Below the pieces are notes generated by a model. The model saw only the letters and a program-made list of their open reading frames with translations. It did no database searches and had not been told where the DNA came from. The position numbers were made by a program, and so were the translations under genes. A DNA stretch of 64,000 bases. Origin: Mobula hypostoma (Eukaryota). The stretch spans positions 37,264,001-37,328,000 of the forward strand of contig NC_086108.1 in the NCBI RefSeq assembly GCF_963921235.1, read 5' to 3'. This document shows, piece after piece, positions 35,488 to 50,000 of this stretch (position 1 is the first letter of the stretch; every line of letters starts with the position of its first letter).

Positions 35488-38459
35488 GTAAGTCTGCTGT
35501 TTCTCCTATGATAGCTGTGCATTGACAAGATATTTGCATTACTACCCTGCTGCTGTCATTGTGAAACTTGCTGGACAATGAACATACTTTAACCTTGGAC
35601 TTTATGGTGGATAGAGTAGGCATTAGCTCTGCTGAATGACCACAAAATAATGAACATTAATTTCTACTGGAGGAGCTTCATTGAGGGAAAGAAATGCATA
35701 AGCACTTTAATATTATTGTTGGAAGGCACTGGGACTTAATTACATGAATCAATTAGGAAAGACAAATTACAATTATTATGAAGAGTATTTATGATTCTAC
35801 ATCCATCTTTAGCAACTGCATCTTCTATTGCGTTGCAATGGGGAGGGAATCATAATGTCTCCAGCCCGCGACAAAGGTTACAGCAGGAGTATTGAGCTGT
35901 CACACAACTCATCTGATCAAAGCTACAGCTATTCTATATTAACTGACAAAGAATAACCAAGGATGCATTGTTTTCTTGAAAAAAAGAATGATCAGCTTAT
36001 TGAGATCTGAGCTTCTCTTCATCATTTTTTTTTTGATTCCTGATAAAGATTCTGTGCTTTTTAATTTGGTCTTCTGGGTTTTCTTTTCCTTATGTGAAAT
36101 TCTGGTTCCAAACACTACCAGTGAACGTCAAAGCAATTAAAGCCGTAATTGTTTGCTATATCATGGCTCAAATTCAATACTAACGGTGCTTTGGGACCCT
36201 GTTAATCTGTGTGTCATAAGTGTTTGCTATAATAAAGTTTGTCAACTGAATTAAGCCTTGAAAGGAATTTCAGAAAGCATGATGAAATCATTGTTTGTTA
36301 AAAGATTTGGAAGAGCACTGTGATGATTTTGAAGTATGGTTTCAAGTTTCAAGATTTAAGTTTATTTATCATGAGTACATTAAAACATACAGTGAAGTGC
36401 ATTGTTTACATTAACAACCAACTCATCTGAGGGTGTGCTGGGGGCAGCCTGCAAGTCTCACTTCACATTCTGACACTAAAGCAGCATGCCCACAATACTT
36501 GGCAGAACAACACAGAACACAACAAGCAACAAAACAACAGCAGACAAGTTGTGTTCCTTCCAACCATGCACATGCTCAGTTCTCTAACCACAGGACAAGG
36601 CCGTTTTCTTCGACCTCCAGGGGACTTGAACCTGGGTGGGCAAACATTGAGCCTTGACCTCCCCAGCAGACTCGCAGAGATCCGCAGACTCAGCTCCATC
36701 CAACAGTTTGTGGAAGCATTTTACTTAGAACTCTTTTATCAATTTGTAAAAAATTATTGACATCATGTGTTGAAGCCCAGTGCATTCGTGGTAAATCCAT
36801 TGAAAGTCAGAAAAGAGAACACTTTCACGTACACTTCCCCCTTCCACCCACAATTGGCCTATGAATATGGTGTTGATTAGCTGATAACCACATGAACAAG
36901 AAATAATGCAATATCCTTGGAAGAAACTGATGTGCTGCTCGGAGTTGAGAAGAGAAAGCCATGCAAAGCAAATTCTGCTAGGGAAAGGGAAACATTTGAG
37001 AGGGCACTTGGGAAATAAGAACTCTCTCTGCAACACATAAATTCATCTGTGCTTAAAGAAGTGCTGGAAGAGGGTGAAAAGCAAGATCACCATAATTTCC
37101 CATGGCACTGAATTTGAATGGATGAAGTCCCCCATAAACCTATTTACTGGACCTGTCTTATTTATATTGTGAAGAAATTTCTGCAGTAGTTTCTGGAGAG
37201 CAGAAGAATTGCAAGATGAAGTTGATAGTCAGAATATTAAGGTCCCAACATGGTAGTGCAAAACCATCTATCCTCAACTGCACTTGATGGCACATTGGAT
37301 AATGATATCTGGAGAGACTCAGACCTTACTAACATGCAGTGGTCCCACATTGACATAAAAACTGGCATGTCAAATTGATTGGTTTCTCCCAAGGTTTCTC
37401 TCCATCAAAACTTAATATACATGGATTAATATCCCAGCAGTTTGAACATCAATTATGTTGCAGGCTCTGATTCCTTTAGCAAAGGACGAGCAATGATTTA
37501 CAGAAGGCAGCCTAAATTGCTTCAGTAGTTCAGCCAACCTATAACCATACTTCATAGGCAGTTTCAATAAGCCAATTTGTTTTTATCTAGCCATGCAAGG
37601 CATGAATGGAAGTATTCACATTTTGGCAGAACCCCAGGCTTCCTGTCACATCACTATCCAGTTTAAGATCTCGTGCAAGACCTTAAAGCTGTCCAGATTT
37701 GGAAGGGTATAGTACACATTCATTCACCTGTATGGGCATGAGCACTTAAAATGCCTAAAAGTAATTGGGAAGTTTATAACTTTGTTCACCTTCATTCTGC
37801 GTAAATCCCCAATGCAGTGTTCGTATTATAAAATATCAGTTCCTTCCCTAAACTATTATGTCATTCCTCCTTTGAAATGTTCTGTAAACACATCTCATTA
37901 GCCTTGATTCTGGCCAATGTGAATGTTCTTTTTTTATATTCTATTTTCCTATTAAAGAGTATTTTACCATACTAAATGCATCATATGCAAGTAGTTGCCA
38001 AAGTAAAGAATTCCAATTTTCCACTAACTTTCATGGGGAAAAAATTGCTTCTTTATTTCTTTGATTGGTCTAGCTCAAATCTTAGAATGTTGGTCTTTTT
38101 TGTGCGCCTGCCCATCAGAAGGAAGAGTTTTACCGTATCTATCTTAGCAAATTCACTTCGCAAGGCTTGTCCATTTTGAGAAGGTGAGCAAGTTGAATAG
38201 CCTCCTACAATCAGGCAGAATTTTGATACTTATGTTTGATGGGTTATGACCGAAGAAAAGATGGCTGGAGTTGCTTAGCACCTTCGTGCAAGGGTGTTAA
38301 TCGATGCGTTAGAGATCAAGCTTCCAAAAATATTAACAAAAATATTGAAAACTGCCAATATTTATAAAAAAAAATCTACCATAACACAACAACAGCTTCA
38401 TTCTTCGTTCAGTGTGAGCACCTGGCACTCTGTTTGGTTGAGTGAACCCGGCCTTTTGT

Positions 38460-38856
38460 TCTTGCAGCGAAGGAGGATGGGAGGTAACCTGACAGAGGTG
38501 TATAAGATGATGAGAGGCATTGATAGTGTGGATAGTCAGAGGCTTTTTCCCAGGGCTGAAATGACTAACACTAGGGGGCATAGTTTTAAGGTGCTTGGAA
38601 GTAGGTACAGGGGGAATGTCAGAGTTAAGTTTTTCACACAGACAGTGGTGGGTGCGTGGAATGTATCGGCAATGGTGGTAAAGGTGGATACCTTTTAAGA
38701 GACTCTTAGATAGGTACATGGAGCTTAGAAAAATAGAGGGCTATGCAGTAGGGAAATTCTAGGCACTTTTGAGAGTAAATTACATAGTCAGCACAACACT
38801 GTGGGCCAAAAGGCTTGTAATGTGCTGCAGATTTCTATGTTCTATATTCTATGTTC
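38460..38856 (+). mobile_element. CR1 3' fragment
   Basis: RRMGGNLTEVYKMMRGID..TRGHSFKV; tail TTCTATGTTCTATATTCTATG. Confidence 0.85.
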
Positions 38857-39319
38857 CTGGGAGTTCATTCTCTGTCTCCCTTACTGAAAGTGAACCTCCC
38901 CTTTATTTTTAGGCACCAGGACATGCCATTTTAAATTACCCACAAAGTTAATATAAGACTACATGCAAATTAGAATATGATGCACCCCACAAAAATCATA
39001 TTACAAAATAAATAGAAACATCTACTTTAAGTACAGTATACAAACAACATAGACACATCCCCATTACTAAAGAAATGGAAGATCTTGAAGTGTATGGTGG
39101 GAAAGGCATGATAAAACCAAACCCTTTAGAACCTGTTATTCAAATATACTGGGGCAGACATTGAAGTGTGCACACTCAATGCAACCACAGCAGAATGACA
39201 ATGCAATTCCTGTTTGTTTGTTTGTGTGTGTGTGTATATAAATGCACATGTATACGGAGTGTGTTTACCAAGTGCTCTCCGTCGCAGCTATGTATGCCAG
39301 TACGTTTAGGGAGATAAGT

Positions 39320-39775
39320 GTCTACAGATTTACAGTGGAGAGCATTCTGACTGGTTGCATCACAGCTTAGTATGGAGGTTCTAATGCACAAGAACACAAG
39401 AGGCTGCCAAGGTTCTAGACTCAGCCAGTCCCATCACAGGCACAATGTTTCCCACCATCGAGGACAGCAGTGCCTTAAGAAGGTGACAACTACCACTAAG
39501 GACCTTGCCATCTGGAACGTGCTTCTTCTTGTCACTACCATCAGCAAGGAGGTACAGGAGCATCAAGACTCACATTTAACAGTTCAGAAATGGCTTCTTT
39601 CCCTCAGCCATCAGATTTCTGAACACCATCTCATGTTTCCTTTCTTTTGTTCCATTTATATATTTCTGTAATTTATTGTTACTTTATGTCTTTGCACTGT
39701 ACTTCTGCCACAGAACAAAAATTATCATGTCATATAACACAATGATAATAAATTTGATTGTGATTTTGATTTGAT
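39320..39775 (+). mobile_element. Rex1/Babar-type LINE 3' fragment
   Basis: TVESILTGCIT motif; ATAAATTTGATTGTGATT tail. Confidence 0.7.
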
Positions 39776-40146
39776 AGTCTTGAATATGAGAATGATTAAC
39801 ATGTACCTGTTGATGATAAAATAGTTTGATGATGCCAGCTAGTGGACATGGTTGTGAGATGTATTCGGTGGTGTTAGTCCACTCAGTCACACCTGCAAAT
39901 GTGATTGATCACCTCCAAAGTAATTTAGATTGTCTCACTTTATTTATAACATTACTAGTTCTTATTCGACAGTAATGGAAATTGCCACCTCTACCATGGA
40001 CAGGTTCATTTTACCTTATTGCGTTGTTGCAGCAATAATAATGTAGAATGTGTGGGTTTCTTTTATAGAAGACTAGGTTGTTTGGAATTGGAGCCACCAT
40101 ACATGCTTTTAGCAAACTGTTGAATTAACATCTCAAATTACTATGG

Positions 40147-40961
40147 TTTCAATGGTACTTTTAATGTCAGAGAAATGTATACAATGTACATCCTGAAATT
40201 CTTTTTCTTCGCAACCATCCGCAAAAACAGAGGAGTGCCCCAAAGAATGAATGACAGTTAAAAATTAGAACTCCAAAGCCCCCCCGTTCCCCCCTCCCAT
40301 GCATAAGCAGCAGCAAAGGAACAATCCCCCCTCCCCCACCAGCAAAAAAGCATCAGCGCCCCCCACCAAGCACTCAAGCGTGCAACAAAGCATCAATAAA
40401 GACACAGACTTGCAGTACCCCAAAGACTACTCATTTACCCAGTAATTCAACATACCACAGGCTCTCTCTCTCTCTCCCTAATAAGAGAAAAAGAGTTGTC
40501 CTGTTTCACAGCAAGAGAGGAGACATTACAAACAACTCGCCGGCTTATGCTGTTAAAAGTCTGTTGTATCGCTTTTCCGAGCTCTGTACCCAAAGAACTC
40601 AGGTCTCTGGGCACACAGCCAGCAGCCAACTTGCTGCTTTCGATCTTCCATCTCCCATGACACACCGATTTCCTGTGGAGGCACTGACCTCGAGTCCGCC
40701 CGCCTCCAGAGCCACAAAATCCCAGAACCCTGAAGGTGTTCTAGTCTTTTAGGCTAATCCTTGGTATATCAAGTACCAGCCAGTCATGAGACCCCAAGAG
40801 CAGGTCCCATTCCCACAAAGAACCAAGTGTAACTCAAGGTCAGGGTCTACAAAAGAACCCTGAAAGGGAAAAATAGAGATAGTAAAGATAGAAATAGAGC
40901 TGTTTCCGAAGATACAAGCAAAGGAGTCACCATTAGGCACCATCGTCCTCCTAAGCTCCAC
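40147..40961 (-). mobile_element. Non-coding, probably non-autonomous non-LTR element
   Basis: TSD CTATGG (40141-40146, 40962-40967); 3' end resembles the element at 55325-56055. Confidence 0.55.
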
Positions 40962-41589
40962 CTATGGAGGGTCTATTCAGACCAAAAAGCAGTTTGTAAT
41001 TTCACTGCCCTTTAACAAGGCCATTGGAACTATTTTGGTGCTTATGGTATACGTGTTCCTGTATATCTCTGCTTGAATAAGTAAGAAACAGATGTAGAAT
41101 TGTCAATAGAATACATTTTCTGAGTGACAGTGTCACAAGGCCAGTTCATATGGGATACTATGTATAAAGTGTGTCTTCTTTCTGTGTCCTCCAAGCTGCT
41201 TTGTGTTTGTACAATCAGCTGAATTCTAAAACATGTCAATAGCGAGGCCTTGATTTAGCATTCATGCCAGGTTGTACATTAAATTCCATAAGGTGGAATC
41301 AGGATCAAAAGATCTCTTTTGGCTGGCCTTCTTCTGTGCTGTAGAATTTCTCTGATTCTGTGTGCCAGAATGTTTTGGGGAGAGATTTGATAATCCCTGG
41401 GCATGAACATGAGAATGGCTTTGCATGATTAACGTGTACCTGTTGATTATAAAGCAGTTTCATATTGCCAGCTGACTGACATGATGGCACGTTGTCAAGA
41501 GTGTTGATTGGTTGCTTAGTCTAGCAGGGGACCCTTGAGCAGCAGTGCCACCTAAAAGAGAGTGTAAACACAGTCCACAGTAGCACACT

Positions 41590-42050
41590 CCTGTGATGCT
41601 GGAGGAACTCAGCAGGTCAGGCAGCATCTATAGAAAAGAATAAAGAGTCGACATTTCAGGCTGAGACTCTTCATCATTACTCAAGATTTCCAGCATCTGC
41701 AGAATCTTTTGTGCCTACTATTTTCTAGTTTGTCTTAAGGCAGAGCTTGGGCTACATCATCTAATATTTGCTTGGCTGAAAATATGTTAGTGTATGCATA
41801 GTGATTGTGCACTGTACTGTATATTGGAAAGTACGAAATTCCCTGTATCCATATAAGTATAGATAACTGTGTATATTTAATTGAGCGCATTCCTAAGCAA
41901 GTTGCATGTTCACCTTACTGATGCCCTGGTGAAGGGTCTTGGCCAAAAAATGTTGACTGTTTATTTCCCTCCATAGATGCTGCCTGACCTGTTGAGTTCC
42001 TCCAGCATTTCACATGTGCAGCTCAGGATCTCCAACATCTGCACAATCTC
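41590..42050. mobile_element. Two short PLE 3'-end fragments in opposite orientation (41590-41710 minus; 41920-42050 plus)
   Basis: GATGCTGCCTGACCTG..GAGTTCCTCCAGCA motif with decayed hammerhead cores. Confidence 0.75.
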
Positions 42051-42197
42051 TTCTATGCATGTACACATTAGGTTGAATTATGTAAAGAGGCCGTCCAACA
42101 GTGAAATAAACACAGTCCATCCTACTCCTACAGCATCCACCCCGCACCCCCCCCCCCAACTCAGTCTTATACTGGTGCCCTTTTCCTGTCAAATATC

Positions 42198-42841
42198 ATA
42201 GAACATAGAACAGAGAAAAGTACAGCACAGTACAGGTCCTTCGGCTCACAATGTTGTGCCGACCCTTAAACCCTGCCTCCTATATAAGTCCCCACCTTAA
42301 ATTCCTCCATATACCTGTCTAGTAGTCTCTTAAACTTTACTAGTGTATCTGCCTCCACCACTGACTCAGGCAGTGCATTCCACGCACCAACCACTCTCTT
42401 CCTCTAATATCCCCCTTGAACTTCCCACCCCTTAACTTAAAGCCATGTCCTCTTGTATTGAGCAGTGGTGACATGGGGAAGAGGCGCTGGCTATCCACTC
42501 TATCTATTCCTCTTATTATCTTGTACACCTCTATCATGTGTCTCTCATCCTCCTTCTCTCCAAAAAGTAAAGCTCTAGCTCCTTTAGTCTCTGATCACAA
42601 TGAATACTCTCTAAACCAGGCAGCATCCTGGTAAATCTCCTCTGTACCCTTTCCAATGCTTCCACATCCTTCTTATAGTGAGGCAACTAGAACTTGACAC
42701 AGTACTCTAAGTGTGGCCTAACTAGAGTTTTACAGAGCCGCATCATTACATTGCGACTCTTAAACTCTATCCCTCAACTTATGAAAGCTAACACTCCATA
42801 AGCTTTCTTAACTACCCTATCCACCTGTGAGGCAACTTTCA
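42198..42841 (-). mobile_element. CR1 3' fragment
   Basis: MIEVYKIIRGIDRVDSQRLFP..TRGHGFKL; (ATAGAAC)n tail on plus strand. Confidence 0.88.
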
Positions 42842-43062
42842 AAAATTACAGCCCAGTGCTAGAAGAATGAGTTAACAGGGATGATGAAAAATCATTGTTG
42901 CTTAAGTTCTCGCTCCCTGCTACCAGCTCAGACATTGAACCTGTACATAAAGTGAATCAAGGGTCTGCATGTATTGATTCTGGACAGAAAAGATTATGCC
43001 CTTCTCCTACCAGTTGAAGTCAATTATGAGCTCCATACCAGGAGCCTCATATTACTCCTGCT

Positions 43063-44225
43063 TAAGAATCAGAATCAGAAACAGGTTGATTATCACCAGC
43101 ATGTGTTGTGAAATTTGTTATTTAGGCATCAACAGTTCAATACAATACATCATATTGAAGAAGAAGAAGAAAAAGAAAAATGAAATAATAATAATAAATA
43201 AGTAAATCAATTTATAGATATGTATTTTGAATAAATTAAAAACGTGGAAAAAGCAGAAATAGTTGTATTTTTAAAAGGTGAGGTAGTGCTCATGGGTTCA
43301 ATGTTAGGAATCAGATGGCAGGGGGGAAGAAGCTGTTCCTGAATTGCTGAGTGTGTCTTCAGGCTTCTGTACCTCCTACCTGATGGTAACAGTGAAGAAA
43401 GGGCATGCCCTGGGTGCTGGATGTCCTTAATAATGTAGGCTGCCTTTCTGAGACACCGCACCTTGAAGATGCCCTGGGTACTTTGTAGGTTAGTACCCAA
43501 GATGGAGCCGACTAAATTTACAACTGTCTGCAGCTTCTTTCGGTCCTGTGTAGTAGCGCCATCCACCCCCCCCCCCCGCCACCAGACAGTGATGCAGCCT
43601 GTCAGAATGCTCTCCACAGCACATCTGTAGAAGTTTTTGAGTGTATTTGTTGACATACCAAATCTCTTCAAACTCCTAATGAAGTATAGCCGCTGTCTTG
43701 CCTTCTTTATAACTGCGGCGATACGTTGGGACCAGATTAGGTCCTCTGGGATCTCGACAGCCAGGAACCTGAAACTGCTCACTCTGTATTTCAATATGTA
43801 CTATTATAAGCCAATCAAAGCACTTCATGATGATTGGTGTCACTGTCAATGAGTGGTAGTCATTTAGTTCAGAAGGTTTAGAATTCTATGGTGCAGGAAT
43901 GACGGTTGCTGATTTGAAGCATTTGGGGACAGCAGTCTGGATCAGTGATGTCCATGAAGATGTCAGTAAGCTGATGTGCACACTCCCTGAATACGCGGCT
44001 TGGGATGATGTCTGGCCCGGATGCCTCACGGGGTTGAATTGCTACAGACTCCCTCTCACACCTGCTGCTGTTACAGACAGCGGCTGTTCACCTGGAAGTG
44101 GGGTAGCTGTCATGGCCGGCGTTGTGTTGCATGCCTCGAAGCATGATAAAAATTGTATAGAGCATCAAGAAGGGAGGCGTCACTGGTACAGTTAACACTG
44201 TTTTTCCTTGTGTAGTCAGTAATGA
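43063..44225 (-). mobile_element. Rex1/Babar-type LINE fragments
   Basis: ORF 43207..43794 KKARQRLYFIRSLKRF..ESILTGCITVWW..LLPSGRRYRS; (AATCAG)n tail. Confidence 0.85.
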
Positions 44226-45228
44226 GGACAAAGCAGCCTATTATTCAGTGAAGGATCCATAATCCCCAGATAACAAATGTAATTAACTTGCTGTGGCTGT
44301 GTACAATACAATGTAGGAAGCAATTTAGCTGAGCAAAGCTTGAGACATCTAAGCAATGCAGACACACACACATCATTCAATATGATTAAAGATATGCTTT
44401 ATAATTTTAAAAAACACAGCAGGCGAAAAGCTCGAGGTAATAAAATGTTCAAACCACATTCGACATTTACATTCCACAATCAAAAATTCCAAAAAAAAAT
44501 CCCTTTTTGCAGCAGCCAGAAACTGCTGACAAAATCATAGTTCCATTCTACTCCCCAGCTACAGCATAGTCCTAAAAAGTTAAAATCAAAATGGAAAGAC
44601 AAGACGTCCCCAGCTACCAGCATTTCCCTTCACCATGTATCAATGCCATCCTTGAGCAATCAATTGGACAAGCAAGTTTAATGCCAAGAAATCAAAAGAA
44701 AAATTATTTCAGCATCCGCAAATGATTTTTCCAATATTTAGATCTACAGAAATGTTGCAATGAATAGAATGATAAATGAACAAGGAAAAAAAATCTGTTA
44801 TACAGAGCAGAGCAGGTGAAATGATAGAAGATCTGAACAAATGATTGGAGCAAAGGTGCAAGAACAATGGGTCTGGTGGGAATACTTAGCATCCCTTATA
44901 AATAGTGCATGTTTTAGAGTCTTACTCGATGGCATTCAGCACCCTGTTATAAATGTGGCTCTAGCTGCTCTGTGCTAAAGTGCAGATCTGGGAAAAGGTA
45001 CAGCCCAAAGGTGGAATTGCTACAGAACACAGCCAGGGAAATGTGGAAATATAGATCAGGAAAGCAATATAAAGCATATTAAGATAAACACAGCAATTGG
45101 GATGAGTCAAATGGCGCAATACATTCAGTGAGAAGTTCAGATATCAGTATAAAGCCACCACAGAGATCAGGGAAGTGGTAAAATAGAGATCAGTAAAATT
45201 CTATAATACAGAGAAGGGGAAGGAGAAA

Positions 45229-45510
45229 GGTGACATAATGTAGCGGTTATCATAACACAGTTACAGCGTCAACAACCTGATATCAATTCCTCCTCTGTCT
45301 GTAAGGAGCTTCTACATTTTCAACACGACAGCGAAGGTTTCCTTCGGCTGGTCGGGTTCCCTCTCACAGTCCAAAGGCATACCGGTTAGTAGGTTAATTG
45401 AAGATTACAAATTCTTCCGTGATTAGACTGGGGTTAGGTGGGCTTCTGGGAGGCACAGCTTGCTGGACTGCAAGAGCCCGTTCCACGATGTATCTCTGAA
45501 TAAATAAGTA
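45229..45510 (+). mobile_element. tRNA-derived V-SINE (HE1-like)
   Basis: tRNA-like head followed by V-domain GGTTTCCTTCGGCTGGTCGGGTTCCCTCTCACAGTCCAAAG. Confidence 0.7.
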
Positions 45511-46527
45511 AATTAGTTACATGAGTGTAACTGGGTGGTGTAGGCTTGTTGAGCCGGAAGGTCCTGTTACCAGGCTGTGTCTCTAAATAAGAATTACGAA
45601 TAAGAAATATGTTGGTGAAGTCTGCACTACAGATCAGTGAACTGACATAATATAGATCTGCAGACTCTGCAACACAGATCTGTGCCATGCAGCAGGTCAG
45701 CTCAGAGAAATGGCATGGCACAGATCAGCAAAATCCTTTGAAACCAAACAAGGGAAATACTGCAATGCAGAGCCAGGAAAATGCTGCAGTATCGATCAGA
45801 GAAATGTTGCAATGCAGAACAGAAATCTGTAATGCAGTCAATAAAATCTTGCATTTCCGAACAAGGGAAATGCTGATACACAGTAAGCGAAACGTAGCAA
45901 AGCTGTCAGTGACATGTATCAATACAGAATGTTAGGTACTGCAATGCAGTCAATGAAATGTCACTGTAGCTAGTGAAATGCAGTAATGGAAATACTGTAA
46001 GTCAGTGAAATGCTACAGAGGAATGAATTGTGGCAAACCAGCCAAGGGAAATGCAATGAATTCAGTGAAATGCCACCATGCAGAAGAAGGGAAATACTGC
46101 AGGGCAGATCATGGAAAATGCTGCAGTGTGCTTAATGTTACATAGCCACGCAGACCAAGGGAAGCACTGTAATACTGAGTAAGGAAAAATGCCACAAGAC
46201 AGAACAAGAGAAATACTGCAATGCAGCTCATGGATCAGTGAAATATAGCAATGTTGAAGAAGGGGGATGCTACATTTGGGATTAATGAAATGCTGCAATA
46301 GTCACAAAAGGAAATTCCGTCACTGTTTTTTGGAGGAAAGTGTGATCTGGCCACTGCCAGCCAGGTTAGCATTTATAGCCCATCACTAATTCCCCTTGAG
46401 AAGTTAGTATTGAGACATTTGTTTAAGCATTCCAGTTCTGGTGTTGTCCGCCAGAGACTTCTAAGATAAATGTCCTGTGATAATGAAGGACTGGTGATAT
46501 ATTTCCAAATTGGGTTAGTGCGTTGTT

Positions 46528-47090
46528 CAGAACCAGAATCAGGTTTAATATCATCGGCATATGTTGTGAAATTTGTTAACTTAGTGGTAGCAGTACAATG
46601 CAATACATAATAATTGAAAAAACTGTAAATTACACTAGGAATATATATAATGCTAAATAAGCATTGTAAAAATAGTAATAAAAAAGTAGTGAGGTAGTGG
46701 TCATATGTTCAATGCTCTTTCAGAAAACAGATAGGAGCTGTTACAGAATCATTGAGTGTGGTAGTAGTGAGAATAAGGCATGACCTGGGTGATGGGGGCC
46801 TTTAATGATAGATGCCACCTTTTTGAAACGTCACTGCCTGAAGATGCCCTGGATACTACAGAGGCTAGTGCCCATGATGAAGCTGATAAATTTTACAGCT
46901 CTCTGGAGCTTATTTTGGTACTCTGACTAGCCATACAGTTATGGGTGTACAGAGAGTAGAGCAGTGGGCTAAACGCACATCTCTGAGGTGCATCAGTGTA
47001 GATTGTCAGCAAGATGGAGATGTTATTTCGGATCCACACAGATTGGGGTCTTCCCAAGATTGGAAGATCAGGATCCAGTTGCAGAGCTGG
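46528..47090 (-). mobile_element. Rex1/Babar-type LINE fragments
   Basis: CAGAACCAGAATCAGG tail; GTGTACAGAGAGTAGAGCAGTGGGCTAAAC (LSPLLYSLYT on minus). Confidence 0.7.
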
Positions 47091-50000
47091 ACACGAGATA
47101 GCATGGTAAGCACTCTTGATGGTGGTGTAGCAGTGGTTCAGTGTGTTGCTTCCTCTGGTACTAGAGTAAAGTCTGTTCCCATATGCTAGTAGCCCTTGTA
47201 CCTCTTGGTGGCAGAGTCTACAGGTTTGGGAAATGCTAATTCATTCTATGGATGGTACACTCCTGCAGCTGCTGTGTGCCACTAGAGGAACACATGGATG
47301 TCTAAAGCAGTTGATGGCCTGCTAATCAAATAGTCAACTCAGTGGTGTTAAAATTCTTCAGTCCTGTTGGGTTGTACTCATCCAGACAAGAACAGAATAT
47401 TCCATCTCACTCCTGAAGTGTCTTATAAATGATTTAGGATAAAGGAGGTGTCTGGTCATGGGTCAGTTTTAGCAGGGTATACAGGCACGTCGCTGCTCTT
47501 GAGACTCTAGTACTTGTGCATCACGTCCAATTGAGTTTCCGATTGGATGTCGGATGCTGGGGACTTGATGATGCCATTTAATAACAAGGATAGGTAGTCA
47601 GTCCTCCTCTTTTTGGAGATGGTCACTGTATGGCATTTTTATAAATCGAACGTTATTTGCCATTTAGAAGGTAAGCGTAATTTGGGTTTTGCAGTGTGCA
47701 AGGATGGATTGCTAAGGAATTGAACATGGTGAACATCCCTCATTGTGACCGTAGTATGCAACTAATGGAAGCACCAGTTACACAGGTCAATGTAATGTTG
47801 CTTTACAGAACCAACAGAGATCCAGAGAAATGTCACAAAGCTGATCAATCAAAAATGCAAAATAAATCACGGGACTGCAGCAATACAGAATAAAGAAAAA
47901 GCTGTATCATAGATCAAGAAATACTACAATACAAGTCAAGGGAAATATGCATTATATAGATTTATGAAATATTGTGTAATACTCTGGTTTACGACAATGT
48001 TTTATTAACACAGTTCTGCTGTTGGGTATTTCATTTTCTGTAGATTTTCTCAAAATATAATAAGTGTTCCTTTAATTACATTATACAATGGAGTATATCA
48101 TTTTTGCTGTTTAAAATAAAAATTCAATTGATTAATATGTTAGGCTTGTTGAATTAGCCAGTAAGATTTGTCTTGGGAAAAAGAGAACAGGTCCATTTTT
48201 GAGAGAGAGCGTGGGATCAAGGAAGGAGAAAGGAAAATGGAAATAGACAATGAACATAGCAGAGGAACATGCTGAAATGCTCAGAGAACCCATTTGGAAG
48301 GACAGACACCACTGTGGGAGAATCGTCATGCAGACAATGGTCTCACAGAGAATGTGCAGATAACGTTTACTTCGTTAGTTAGCAAAATTTTGAAGAAAGT
48401 TTGACGTTTATTTTTCTTGGATGTTGTGTGAATATTTGTTTCCTGGAACAGAATCTTTAGTGCAAAACCATTTCAGTATTGTGAGTAAACAAAGTAAAGC
48501 AAACTGGATTGATTATGCCACAATGAGGTCCAACAATTACATGCATGTTATAGACTAAGATGTAATGGGCCCTGCTTCTTTATTTTGCTTGATATAGTTT
48601 AAAATATTTTGTCAATACAATTTCGATCTAATTTTACAGTAGCATGAGTTAAATGATAGTTTCCTGGTGAATGGTACATTTGTATGGGTGTGTCAGTCTT
48701 CGTACAGTAATTGCCTTCATTTTCCCTCAGAAGGAACATTCAAACTTTTATGGTCGTGTATACCTGAATCATATGTTTATTTAATGGAAGTGATCTTGCT
48801 CATTGTTACCATGCATTGTCGAGTTATGCTGCTGTTGGGTTGAATTCACAGCAATAGCTAACTCATTATGAGCCCACAGTGAGAGGGTTACAATTGCAAT
48901 GCTGTTCAAACCAATTGTCATAATGATGATGGGAAATGTTTCAAAGCAGGCTGGAAACATGACAATACAGCTTGTGAAATGCTGCGTGCAGATTAGTGAA
49001 ATATACAATACCTATCTGCAAAGGTCTCTGAAGCACATCAAGACTGTTGCAAATAAGATCAATGAAATGATGCAATGAAGACTGAAATGTTCAATGCAGG
49101 TTAATGAAGGTGCTGTATTACAGATCAAGGGAAATGTTGCAAAAAGGTGGGAAAATGGTAGAGCATTTGGGGGAACATGCGGGGAAGATGCGGTAAAGAT
49201 CCGGGGAATTGCTGTAGTACAGGGTGGAGGAAAGCATGCAGGAGCTTGGGAGGGCATCCAGCAGAAAAGTATAGGGAGCAGGGTTTTGACAGATGGTGTC
49301 AACCTCCCTGATTTTTAACAGTGCCAACCATCTGAACAGGTTGTTGTAAGGATCTACCCCTCAGTAATAATGACCAGAGAGGAACAGAGAGAACTGATAT
49401 TTTTGACAAGTAATCTTTATTGTCTCAACTAAAAAGCATGTGGGTTCACAAGCTAACTAGCTGTTTCTTTCACCCTCCATGAACAGTCAATGAAGAGAAA
49501 TGGTATTACCCAGGAGATGAGGCCTTGCTGGCCAGGCATTCCTTGAGATGCCGATCGCTGTGTGTCCATGGGGTCCTCCTCATCCACGATGTTGCTGGAG
49601 AATTATTGCTGCCTCGTATTTGAAGTTCTGATTCATATAGTGTTCCTCATCAGTTCAACTGTTGCATCTCCATCCAATTGGTTGAAGGTCACCTTCTACC
49701 TGGGTCACCTTCTTACTGGCTCTGGTCCAGGGCTACAACCAATATTGTTCTATGGTTTATGCACCCCCCGCACCCTGAAACCTCATGTCTTTGTTCTTTT
49801 CAACTCTGACTGGTTCAAACCAGTTAAACCAGGTGACTCAGACACAGAGTCTAACAAGATTACAGACTGCTTCTCAGGCAAGCCTGCTACTTTACATAGC
49901 ACTAGACTAACACAGGCTGGACAACAATTATACAACTAATTTGATTTTAATGAACCAATCGTGGATTATATAATCGGTAACCAATAGAAATGGCACATAC

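Noticed and set aside
40880..40950. Second possible HDV-like ribozyme (minus GACGAUG..CUCCUUUGC..UAUCUUC-GG)
   Set aside because: P1-like and L3-like parts exist, but I found no P2 partner or J4/2 catalytic strand.
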